Positions 8,640 to 19,430 of a stretch of DNA of 20,000 nucleotides are shown piece by piece. Source of the stretch: Vezdaea acicularis (taxonomy: Eukaryota). Below the pieces are notes generated by a model. The model had not been told where the DNA came from and did no database searches. It worked only from the letters and a program-made list of their open reading frames with translations. Position 1 is the stretch's first letter. The number at the start of each line of letters is the position of its first letter. The position numbers and the translations under genes are program-made. The stretch spans positions 171,921 to 191,920 of the forward strand of contig JAPEUI010000024.1 of the NCBI GenBank assembly GCA_026025075.1, read 5' to 3'.

Positions 8640-9648
8640 TAGTACGCTTCTCTTCCGTTACGATAAATTCTCACATACTTCGCAGAAGCCCGCTCAAGAT
8701 TTTCATGATAAACAGCAATACTTGCTACATTTCTAGTTCGGATAGCTTGAGCTTGCTTATACTTCTCCAGGGCGCTGGTGCCGACTGCGAGAAGCTCCTT
8801 GGATCATGTCACTAAGCACTCAATTCGGCGTACAGGGCGTGTACCTTCTGTGCAATCCTTTCGAGATCTGGAAGCACTGGAAGTCTGCCCATCTAAGCTG
8901 TAGCGCTTGGCCGCGGAATCGAAGCAAGTTTCCTAGCTCCTTCGTCCTGGTGGCATGCACCGTGGGCCATTGTTCCATGTTGAAGTAGCTTGTTATTTGA
9001 CTAGGTCACCGTGTAGTTGCCACAATTTAGCTATAATTAGACTTAGATTTAGACTGATTGCTCCATTCATTGGAGCATGAAATCTGTATTGCTGGAACAT
9101 GTTAGGTGATAGCTTGAGTTTACAGATGTTTCATTCTACATGTTGGCATGGCATATGCTTCGAACTAGAAGTAATGTGACTTGTGTTCCTTACATCAACA
9201 AGTCATCCTGAAAGTGAAGGCTGCGTACCCATTCAAGTACATCAATTGTTTTGTATACATATTACAGCGGATAGGATACACAATGCACTGTGCCAAGCTC
9301 CCTGAAGATCGAACGAACAACGCAGCTGGTACACCTGCACATCAGGCCCAAGACGATTATTGCTTTCTTGGCATTGGTTGACATACGAAGGAGGATGGCC
9401 TTGGCGTTTCACCCGACGATCCAAAATGTTTGTCCCCTTAAGCCATAACTTTGAAGGTCTGTGAGTCTTCAGTAATTGTGCATTTCTGTTAGAAAGGCAA
9501 GTTGCATGGAGTGACCGCGCCGCGCAAAGACCTCAGCGTCCAACTCCCTCCTCCTGTTGGAGACATGCAAGGCAGCGGCCGGTGTCTGACTGAGATCATC
9601 CAATAGAAGAGACATTTCATTGGCGTAGTTAAGTGTCTCTCTACCAGA

Positions 9649-11176
9649 CTATTCGTAACCACCACTCTCCTGTCTCAGCAGCTCTGCAACGTCGTCATCC
9701 AGCCCTTCCATTGCATTTCCTCCCGCGAAACCAGCAAATTCTTCATCTTGATTGAGTTTTCTCCTCTTAGTATTGAGACCATTGACGGGGCTGCCAGATG
9801 TTGGGCGGACTTGAGGCAGAGAAAGGCTTGAGAGTAGATCGAACCCAGGAATTGGCATGGGTGGGTGAGAGGCGATTGACTGGTCAGCATGCTCTGGTTG
9901 AGATGTATTCAGCCTCACTTCTTCCACATGATTAGCAGCCTCTGGTAGCGGCGAACCCGTGGGTGTCAACGCCTCGATCTCAGGGCTTAGGGGCTCTACT
10001 TTAGGCCGTTCAGGATCTGCAGAAGCCCCAGTATCCAGGCTCGATTCAGCGGCTCCGTCAACGCTAGAAGTAGTGCCACTCTCCTTGCCTCCATCACCAG
10101 TCATTTCTCGCAAGAGTTCGTCTTCAATCTTTTGTTTCTTCAATTCTATGGCAGCTTTTCGTTCCTTGAGCTGACCATGCTGCTTCTTCTCCTCCTCGAC
10201 GGCTTTCTGATTTGTTTCAAGGATCTTTTCCAGGCCCTCAATGAGGAGGCTTCTCGCATTGATGCTCTCTGTCACCGCAAGTTCTGCTTGAGCAAGTGAC
10301 TTGAGCAAGCCACCAAGTTGAGCAGACTGACGAGGAGCACTTGTCTCCGGCGCATTAGGGTCAGTGAGTGTATCGTAGTCAGTGTCTGCAGCCTTTATCG
10401 CGCCCTTTAGCAAAGACGTTTTCTTTGTTACTGAGCTTTGGAGGCCTATCAGAGGTTGTATCTCAGCTGGTGCGGTCTGACCCGTGGAAGCAGACAAGAA
10501 AGATCCTCCTGTGGATGACAATTTCCCTCCTCCCTTGCTCTTATCGACATCTATATAAGATCAGCACAGAGATGTTCATGGGGCCATTCTATTGGTACCG
10601 TTTATTCGCGTTTCGACTGCTGTCTGGATTGGTGCTTCGAATATTGACCGCTGTCTCCAGACCTCCACTACGCGCCTGAGCTTCTGCTGAACTTCATGGT
10701 TTGCCCCTTTGTAAGCTATAGCAGTCGCTTCGGCTATGATCTATATTCTCATGAGCTCTGGAAAACAGATACAGCAGTAGTGTGAGTGCTGGAGCTTACA
10801 GGAGAGAAAGCAGTTGGGAAGTCCTCCTTACGACGGGCTCTAGACTGTTGCACAATGTCTACATATACTGTTAGCAGGTAGATGATATAAGCGCTCTAGA
10901 ACATGGACACCAACCGTTTGCAAGATATATAAGGTTCAGCCTTTTGTTACTGCCCGAGTCCTTTAGACGTTGGAACCATAATTGCACGGTGTGATCGGCA
11001 TGTCTCCTATATTACCAACTTTATTAGTCCGACTGCCTAGGAAGGCTCTCTTCCATATGGCACCTTGGGAACCCTTACCTGTGGAACATAACCCATTGAG
11101 CCGTGGTAACGATGCTCTCTTGCGTTTCATTGAGTGCAGAGAGCTTTGCGCGAACAGAATCGTCCGTATACGCCAT
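9649..11176 (-). CDS. RTT103: RNA polymerase II CTD-interacting (CID/RPR) protein, Rtt103/RPRD1-like, about 430 aa; exons (minus strand) 11079-11176, 10915-11006, 10800-10858, 10599-10740, 9649-10550
   Basis: The spliced N-terminus MAYTDDSVRAKLSALNETQESIVTTAQWVMFHR|RHADHTVQLW..KRLNLIYLAN|DIVQQSR..KLRRVVEVWRQRSIF is a CID domain. It is followed by a coiled coil and a low-complexity tail with an NLS-like TKRRKL. Four canonical introns keep the frame. Confidence 0.88.
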
Positions 11177-11983
11177 TTTCTACGTGCAGATCTCTTTACG
11201 TCTTTTGGAACACCGCAGTCTCTGGCTTGAATGGTGCTATTCTGGCTCTACAAGCGGAGTGACTTGACAAACAATCTCGCTGTGGGATGTTATTGCCCCA
11301 GCACGTGCGGCCTTTTTCCTATTTTCTAAAAACCCGCTTTTACAAAAGAACACTTGACCTAGATCATCGAAGAAAGAAGCTCGAGTAGCGCAAGTCAGAT
11401 CGTATGGCGTAAAGTTAGCCGAGTGAAAACGCGGGATCCTTTTGTCCTGTCAATTTTGGTGCTTCATTGAAGGCCGGCTTCCACACCCAAGACCGGACCA
11501 AGCTCACATTCGAATCAGCTACGAATGCGTCAAATTAGTTTCTGAGATTACTGTTCTTCATACGTTGTTTCTACTCTACTAATAAACTAGTTTGTTTTCC
11601 TTGCTGACATTTTCACACCTAAATTCGAACAGCTCTAAGACCACGATCAGATGAAGTAGGGATCGCGAGGGAGGTCTTCGGAGTTGCTTTAGTGTATCGT
11701 TATTGAAAATATTCTCTGAATCAATTTTCAGAATTCTCCATGAGATGCGAACTTTTGATATGTTGTAGAGATTTAGGTCAGGGATAGATTGGCGCCCATC
11801 AACCTCATACATTTTCGTTCTCGTCTCTAGAACTTAACGCCTACCTTCGCTTAGCCTTCAAACTCCATGTTTCTTGAACTTACGTCTAAACAATCAAGTA
11901 TTGAGCCTCGTTCCTTCAGAGAGAGCTCAGGTCTTCATGGTTGATAGCCAACAATCATAAATTACAGTGCTTCAATTCTCAAG

Positions 11984-12958
11984 ATGGCGGACAGATTTCC
12001 CTCCATAGAGGAGTTCTCCGCTGGTACGTATCTCCACTACTGCGAATTGCACGGTTGCCCCTACTTCACCTAGCTACTATATGCTCACTGATCCATTTGA
12101 AAAGGCCAAACTGAGACCAAAGGCGACTCAAACCTCAGAATAGATCCGACCCCCTCGAGTAATGACGATTTCCTCAGCCGCGAGAAAGCCGCGCTGGGAG
12201 ATGACGCCGATCGCTTCGCAACACCCGCGGATAACTTCAAAGCTAAAGCTACAGTGGAAGACGACGAAGATGACCTTTTAGGAGGAGACATGTCATCAAG
12301 TGGTCCGGAGGTATCTCAGTTCGAGAGTTCCTTTCCAGCAATTGACACTCGAAATGAGGTTCGTATGAGCAATAGTCACAAACACGAAAGTGGCGGTACT
12401 GAAGGCTGACCAAAGATTGGAGGAGCATAGACTGTTGCTCCCGGTGGCAGTATCACAGGTTATAGCGACGCATACGTAAAACGCCAACCTACACCTTCCT
12501 ATGCCCCCATGGTCGAGGAGGAGGAAGAGCCTGAAGTAATCAAGTAAGTATATCGAACTGGCTTGCATTTGATGGCTCTGATATACTCTTCCAGACAATG
12601 GCGAGAGCGTCGTGATAATGCTATACAGAAGCGTGATGAGGCGTCCGAGAACAGGAAAGCAGAAACTATCAAGGCTGCCCAACAAAATATTGACGAATTC
12701 TACGAAAACTATAATGTGAAGAAAGAAAAGTCCCTCAACACAACCCGGAAGGAAGCAGAGGAGTTCTTGGCCAGTCGCGAGGACACCGCTGCCGGGGGAA
12801 CGAGCTGGGAGCGTATCGCAAAGTTGGTAGATCTTAGCGGAAAGAGTGCAAAGGGCGGAGCCAGTGGGACTGGTAAGGAGAGGTTCCGTGAGCTGTTGCT
12901 TAGCTTACGAAAAGACGAGAAGGCTCCTGGTGCCTCGGGTGTGGGAGGTGGTTATTGA
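11984..12958 (+). CDS. CLC1: Clathrin light chain, about 256 aa; exons 11984-12023, 12105-12358, 12431-12543, 12595-12958
   Basis: Motifs MADRFPSIEEF, DFLSREKAALGDDA, FESSFPAID, EEPEVIK|QWRERR, IDEFYENYN, GTSWERIAKLVDLS and RFRELLLSLRKDEKAPGA. Introns at 12024-12104, 12359-12430 and 12544-12594. Confidence 0.95.
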
Positions 12959-13216
12959 GAGTTGTATAGGGCTCAATCATAAGCATGGCAGAATTTGCAA
13001 CGCGTATTGATCTGGTTTGCACCGATATGCTAGTTGATCCTGTATCAAAGGATTGGCCGCATGCTGACATAGTAAGCCAGCTGCAACATCGCTACAATAC
13101 ACGGGGAATTTCTGTGCGGAATGGCACCCGATGTACAATCCCACATAAATTCAATATAAGAAGAACCACAACGCCGCTGCTTCCATTATATAATGCATTT
13201 AGAACCTCACAATTCG

Positions 13217-14879
13217 TCATTCAGGGTCCTCGGTCATATTAGTCTGGCCTGCTGCTCGCGCCTTCTCCTGTTCTTCGTATTCTTTCAAAGCCGCCTGACC
13301 CTCCTCGGTTGTGGCATCGATTATTTGCTCCTCCAAGCTCAACATGCCTCCCTAGAACAACGGTCAGTACGATGTCAATGGAGTCAGCAGCGCGACAGCT
13401 CACCTCGCCCAGCTGGCCAACAATTTCCTCAGCTTCTTCAACGCTCATCTTACCAAGGACCTTGTTTACCTCATCAAGGCTCCCGTGTTCTAGTGCGCGC
13501 TGTAAACCGGGGGGAAAGGTTTCGAATATTGCGCGCGCTTTCTGCTCATTCTCATCTGTGCTGTCCTTAGGTGGGATGACGATATTTATCTTCGTTCCGG
13601 GCTCCACTGCGTGCAACTGGATTTGTTCAACGCCGGCACCTGCATTAGCGTCTGAAGCCCTGTCTGCAGCAATTTCCCTGGCTCTCGTCCTTATACGGCC
13701 ATATGTCGTGTTGACATCGTCTAGGAAAACCTTCTGAGCTTGGTGGCCAGGGGTCATGATTCTAGAAAACTTCTTAGTTGTATGTTTGTCTTCGTGACCG
13801 TCAAAATAAAGACATACCGTTTGAAAAATACCCCAACCCCATCCCTACCCAGCTGCCTACAGTATTGGAGAAGAAGTGCCTGATGTACACATTGCCGCGC
13901 ATATTCATCTTTGCCTTCAAGCTGATTATTGAACCCAGCGACTAGGAGCCCGTTCTCCTCGCGCTCTGCTACAACTGCGGGATTCTCATTGATGAACTGT
14001 AGACAAGCCTTGTAATTGCCGACTTTGATCTTCGCGAAGTCGTTACCCAATTTCGTTGGTTCAATCCGTTCCTCCTCGTCTCCATCTCCGTCATCTGCTG
14101 CTTCTTCAACATCTGCTTCTGCACCAGATGAAATACTCTCGCTCCGTTGCAGCGTGCCAGGATTTAAAACTTCCACGGACTTAATCTTCCCCGCTTCTGA
14201 TTTCTTCGATGGCGCTTTGACAGGCTCTTTTGATACGTGTGAGCTATCAAAGCCAGTGTGTATACTGTCGCTAGTAATCTTTCTGCTTTCTTCTTGTTCT
14301 AGCTCTGCGAGCTTCACATGTAGTTCGCTTTGTAGTCCCTGAACCTTGTCTAAATGCCCCTTTATAGCTTTTATATACCTCCCGTAGCGATCATCGGATT
14401 TGCTCTCATCGACTTCTTGTTTGACCTGATCTACTAGAGTGGCCATCATCTTGGAGTAGGTAGGCTGAGAATCGTCTACTTTCGAATGCACGCCCTCTGG
14501 TCGAGGAGGAGGCTGGTCATTCGCAGGGTCACCAGCGGTTTCAATGAGAGATTGAAAAACTAGTTCATCTGCGCTGCGAGACTTATCATTGTGACTCTGC
14601 AGAGCATTCAAGAGCTTCTCAATCCTTGCCAAGAGACCATCATTGACTGAGCGTTCGTACTTTAGAGTTTCAATATGGTGACGGCGCCGAAAACGTTCTT
14701 CGTGAATCTGGTTCTGCTTTGCCCGAATGAAGGAGCGCTTGTCAACATTTGGATGGACTTCTATGTCAGAGTCGTCGGAGAGTTCAAGTGCATCCTAGAC
14801 ATGCATTAGTTCGGTTTAAGGCGTCTACTATGTTGGGTTACCGTCCGGCGCATACCCATTTGCTGTAATCGAGCACCAT
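13217..14879 (-). CDS. CDC37: Hsp90 kinase-targeting co-chaperone Cdc37, about 497 aa; exons (minus strand) 14856-14879, 13818-14794, 13404-13761, 13217-13351
   Basis: Signature N-terminus MVLDYSKW|DALELSDDSDIEVHPNVDKRSFIRAKQ including the CK2-site Ser; middle domain CVHQALLLQYCRQLG; C-terminal FETFPPGLQRALE..LDEVNKVLGKMSVEEAE. Three canonical introns. Confidence 0.97.
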
Positions 14880-15058
14880 AGCTGCGGCTAGCTACTTTAT
14901 AGTTCCCAATGCGGTATAATATGGTGCTAAATTTGCTTCAATTTGTTACGAGATGATACCAAGCCACAGTTTGAGAGGCTATATACGCAGTGTTCTTCCG
15001 CGCAGACTCCTATTCGTGAAGCTGTGTGTATTGAACCAGAATGTGGGATGTTCGGCTT

Positions 15059-15083
15059 TGAAGCTTCGAGAGGATCTCGAAGC
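15059..15083. promoter_or_regulatory. Candidate heat-shock element overlapping a 9-bp inverted repeat in the divergent CDC37/MDL promoter
   Basis: tGAAg-cTTCg-aGAGg (15059-15073) is nGAAnnTTCnnGAAn with one mismatch. GCTTCGAGA-GGA-TCTCGAAGC (15063-15083) is a perfect 9-bp inverted repeat. Confidence 0.3.
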
Positions 15084-15280
15084 GAGGTCCAATCTACTCA
15101 CGTCACCGATTCGGAAGCCGATTTTTTTCTTGTGTCGCTGTTACTCCAATGTCTTCGACCTAATTCTTCCGGTCATGGCATTTGACCATGTCCAACCCGC
15201 TTGACTATTAAGGAGGTCTCCATATCGCCGGGATCCTACAGAGAGGCCGGAGCAACTAAGGCTTCGCTGCGCAACGAGCC

Positions 15281-17797
15281 ATGCGCGGCTCCAAGCTCCT
15301 TCAACGATGCTTTACCGGCTCAGAGTCAAGCCGTCTTTTCCAATCAAAAATTACAGTAAGGAGTTATAGAACAAGCATTCAACATCTTCCCAAAAATCAG
15401 GAGTTCGTAGCCAAGTCAACCGGATTACTCAGGCTCAATCACCAGAGCTCCCTCGGCCCCCAGTCGTCTTACCCATCCGTCTTTCCAGCAATCCGATTGC
15501 ATTCCTACAACCCCGTGCTCTCACCGTGGACTATACAACAGCTGCGAAGCCTGTCTTCTACTTCAATATCCCAAAAAGAAGAAAAAGTACTAGTCAAGAG
15601 TGATGGGAACCTCACGACGCGCAGGGTGGAAGAGGAGGACGACGAGCTGGAAGAAAGAGGATTTGAGCGTTCAGCAAAGGCGTCGCAGGCTGCACAGGTC
15701 AATCTAAGTGCTCGTTTGAGTAAGGATACTTCGTCATCAGGCAATACAGCTGGCGTTTCAGAGATATGGAGGCTGCTTCGAATTGCTCGCCCAGAATCAA
15801 AAATGCTGGGAGGTAAAGGTCCAAGGCCCCCCCATTTTGGTTACTTGCTAATGGATAAGTTGCTTTTATTTTTCTTCTCGTGTCATCTTCTATCACCATG
15901 TCTATACCGTTGGTCTTCCATACCCTGTAATGAAGGATAGCTAACATCAGTCTAGCTTTTCCATTGGTAAGATTCTGGACATTGCCACGGGCTCAAAGGA
16001 TGGCACTTTGTTTGGTTTGGAGTTATCACATTTTTACGTTGCATTGGGAGGTGTAAGAAAGCTTTGTTACCTTGTACAATTGATGTAGCGCTGATTATAG
16101 CATAGGTCATCTGTATCGGAGCTGCAGCAAACTACGGACGAATAATAATCTTGAGGATTGTTGGGGAGCGAATTGTGGCGCGCCTTCGATCGCAACTTTT
16201 TCGTCGAACGTACGTCCAAGATGCCGAGTTCTTTGATGCCAATCGGGTCGGTGATTTGATATCACGACTGAGCTCGGACACTATTATTGTTGGCAAAAGC
16301 ATCACGCAAAATCTATCTGATGGACTTCGTGCTCTAGTCAGTGGGGGCGCAGGCTTTGGGCTTATGGCCTACGTGAGCATCAAGCTCACAGGCATTCTTT
16401 CATTGATGTTCCCCCCCGTAGCTATAGGAGCAATCTTCTACGGGCGGGCTATTCGAAACTTGAGTAGGCGGATCCAGAAAAGTCTTGGTTCATTAACCAA
16501 AATAGCTGAGGAACGCCTTGGTAACGTCCGCACAAGTCAGGCATTTGCGGGAGAAGTTCTCGAGGTAGGCAGATATAATACTCAAGTTCGGAAAATCTTC
16601 GAACTGGGAAAGAGGGAGGCTATCATAAGCGCTACATTCTTCAGTTCAACGGGCTTGATGGGAAACATGACGATCCTTGCCTTACTCTATGCTGGTGGGG
16701 GCATGGTTCACTCTGGCGCTATCAGCATAGGAGATCTCACATCTTTTCTGATGTACACAGCATATGCAGGATCAAGTCTCTTCGGGCTCTCCAGCTTCTA
16801 TTCTGAGCTTATGAAGGGAGTCGGGGCCGCAAGTCGATTGTTTGAACTGCAGGATCGCAAACCTACGATTCCAGCCACCGTCGGATTGAAGGTGAAGACA
16901 GCACGAGGCCCAATCAGATTTGAAAATGTCTCTTTCAGCTATCCGACTCGTCCAGCAGTTGATATTTTTCAAGGTCTTGACTTCGAGATCCCGCAAGGGA
17001 CGAATGTTGCCATTGTTGGTCCAAGTGGTGGAGGAAAATCGACCATAGCTTCATTGATACTTCGTTTCTATAACCCAACGACTGGAAACATTAAAATAAA
17101 CGGGGTTGACATATCTACGATGAATGGAAAGTCGCTAAGAAGAAAGATCGGATTAGTGGCTCAAGAGCCTGTTCTCTTTTCCGGTTCTATCGCCGAAAAC
17201 ATCGCCTATGCAAAGCCACATGCCACGAGAGGCGAGATCATTGCAGCAGCAAAGAAAGCCAACTGCAATTTCATTTCAGACTTTCCTGACGGACTTGAGA
17301 CCAAGGTTGGTGCCCGGGGTGCCCAATTAAGTGGAGGGCAGAAACAACGAATTGCAATCGCGAGAGCGCTAGTGAAGAACCCGGATATCTTGATTCTAGA
17401 CGAAGCCACCTCAGCCCTGGACGCTGAGTCCGAGACGTTGGTGAATTCAGCGCTTGCAGCATTGTTGAAGGGTAACAATACCACAATCTCAATTGCCCAC
17501 CGACTTTCTACTATCAAACGAAGCGATCATATTATTGTACTCTCTCCAGATGGGAAGGTTGCGGAGCAGGGTACTTTTAAGGACCTGTCTTCGAGGCCAG
17601 ACGGAGCTTTCACGAAGTTGATGGAGTGGCAAATGAGCGGAGGTGAAACCGAGGAAAATAGGCCGAGTGGTGTTGGACCGCCGTCTGAGTCGGAGGAGAT
17701 AAACCAACGATTAGAGGAAAACCCAGAGGTTGAGGAGAACGAACGGGGAGAGGTTATGGTAGGAGATGCGGAGCCTGTTAAGAGCGGGAAACAATGA
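15281..17797 (+). CDS. MDL1: Mitochondrial inner-membrane ABC half-transporter (Mdl1/Mdl2, ABCB10-like), about 789 aa; exons 15281-15812, 15860-15908, 15956-16052, 16106-17797
   Basis: Arg/Ser-rich, acid-poor presequence-like N-terminus. TMD motifs EIWRLLRIARPE, ITMSIP|FSIGKILD and FFDANRVGDLISRLSSDT. NBD with Walker A GPSGGGKST, Q-loop VAQEP, signature LSGGQKQRIAIAR, Walker B ILILDEATSALD and H-loop IAHRLST. Mdl1 versus Mdl2 cannot be resolved by eye. Confidence 0.93.
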
Positions 17798-18268
17798 TGT
17801 TTATATCCAATCTTGCTTTTAAGCAGAGCTAAACAGTATAAGACGAAACAGTCTTGGTTCTTGATGCTGTTATACGTCCTTTTATAGTTGTCTTTAGGCT
17901 CCTCTCGACCAGATAAATGTACATTCTCTACTCACCATGACAGTGAACCAGTGGTTACCCCTTTTTATGGATAACCGAAGTCGAGTTAAGGACGTCGAGG
18001 GTTATGTCATAGGAAAACGTGTATTTCAGCTACTCCAAACACTAAGAACGTGAACGATATATTCAATTGAAAGCGTAACATGATGAGAAACCAACCAGCT
18101 CTACCAAAGATCTGGAGGTCGAGTACCCCGTCAGCATATATCATAGTAAATCTCTCACTCATAACAATCAACAGTGGAAGCTAAGTATGCTTTGTGAGAT
18201 CCGAGAGAGCCGGGAACCTTAAATCATTGTTGAACCATATCCCCACGTTCCATTAGCCAATCACAACC

Positions 18269-19098
18269 ATGTTCACTACTAGGTCACAAACCCTGCCATA
18301 TATACTAGATCTTGCTAATACATCAGCAGCATCTTCCACATCCCCTCGCCCTCCCAAACCTCCGGACACGAGACCATCCAACTCGTCAGCGACCGCCTCA
18401 TCAAGCGCTACCCCGCTGCCACACGGCTCGAGCGCTGGGGAGGAGACGGCCAAGTCTTCCGAACGCCTACCGCAAAGGGGGCCTCTCAGCAATCCGCAGA
18501 GCCTCCACAAAGCCTCGTCGTCCTATCCTGCAGCCACCACAACGGAAAAGCTTACATCTGCACATCCGTACCTCCCAAACCGGCACAACCCAAAGTCTCA
18601 GGACAGGCGGAGAGCACCGAGCAAAACGCCTATGGCTTCAATGTAATCGGGATACCGGCGGGGTCCAATGTGGACGAGTTCCTGCTACTCATGACGGAAA
18701 GGATGGGCGCGTTGTGGGTGCTCAGACAGACGACCGTGATCTCGAGCAGCACCCAAGCGTGGCAGGTAGAGGATTATCAGGTGCGGTTGGCGGAGCTGAG
18801 AGTTCCTACCCATGGACCGGCCTCGTCTTCGCAGGGCTCAAGCTCAAGCCAGCAGGGAGCCACTAGGGGCGTTGTAGTTGAGATCACCGTGGATATCGGT
18901 TCTGCTGGTGCTGAACAGGATTCCTCGGAGCGTGAAGGGACGGGGACTACGAAAGATGGTATGGACGTTGAAGCTTCCCGCGCGGCAATAGTGGCTTTTT
19001 GGGAGAGCTTGGAGGTCACGGGTGCGAAATCATGCTTTGGAGGGCCGGGTAGCATGGGTAGAGCTAGGGCTTGGGCACAGGCTTTACTGCTTCGATGA
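18269..19098 (+). CDS. MED20: Mediator head-module subunit Med20 (Srb2)-like, about 260 aa; exons 18269-18282 and 18330 (or 18327)-19098
   Basis: The frame is open from 18331 to 19098 (IFHIPSP..TIQLVSDRL..LERW..SLVVLSCSHHNGKAYI..DEFLLLMTERMGALWVLRQ..WQVEDYQVRLAELR..RGVVVEI), matching the pattern of fungal Med20. The first exon is inferred from branch point GCTAAT (18314) and a CAGCAG acceptor; its donor GTCACA is weak. Confidence 0.7.
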
Positions 19099-19430
19099 AT
19101 TTGCATATCAGTCACTTTTGCATGAGATCAAGTATGCTGTGACTCTGGAGGTGTTGTCAAGAAGAGACATAAGTTCGGTCATGAGAAAAGGCCTCAACGA
19201 ATAGCTTGAGTGGTAGGCGCTTTTGCCCATTGTGCTTAAGGTGGTGGTAGAGCCTCATTCAACTTTCCGAGTAAGGGCCCTGCATTTTCTTCTGGCTCTG
19301 CTTATGCTATAAACCCGCTTGATTGATAATGCATTGTAACAACACATAGAGTACCGCCACTCACGCTAGAAAAGCATTGAACGCTATGCAAACGCCTATT
19401 AAAACGCCCTAAAGACCCATATCTACAGTT

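Noticed and set aside
8573..8803. Stop-free minus-strand frame (SKELLAVGTSALEKYKQAQAIRTRN...GREAY) whose pre-insertion TAG contains the TA hit by the MITE
   Set aside because: Only about 54 codons before the element, with no ATG, no clear splice acceptor and no recognisable motif. Compatible with chance, though a TBLASTN would be a cheap check.
9037..9077. Short TTAGAC/TTAGAT tandem and a 7-bp hairpin TGCTCCA-N5-TGGAGCA
   Set aside because: Too short and degenerate to distinguish from chance, and not true TTAGGG telomeric repeats.
11405..11530. tRNA-like A-box (TTAGCCGAGTG) and B-box-like (ATTCGAATC) words in the RTT103/CLC1 intergenic region
   Set aside because: No acceptor stem, T-stem or anticodon arm can be folded, and the B-box lacks the GG/GT context.
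18312..18866. Long alternative-frame ORFs (184 aa and 125 aa) overlapping MED20
   Set aside because: The third frame carries the Med20-like sequence. The others are low-complexity shadows of GC-rich coding DNA.
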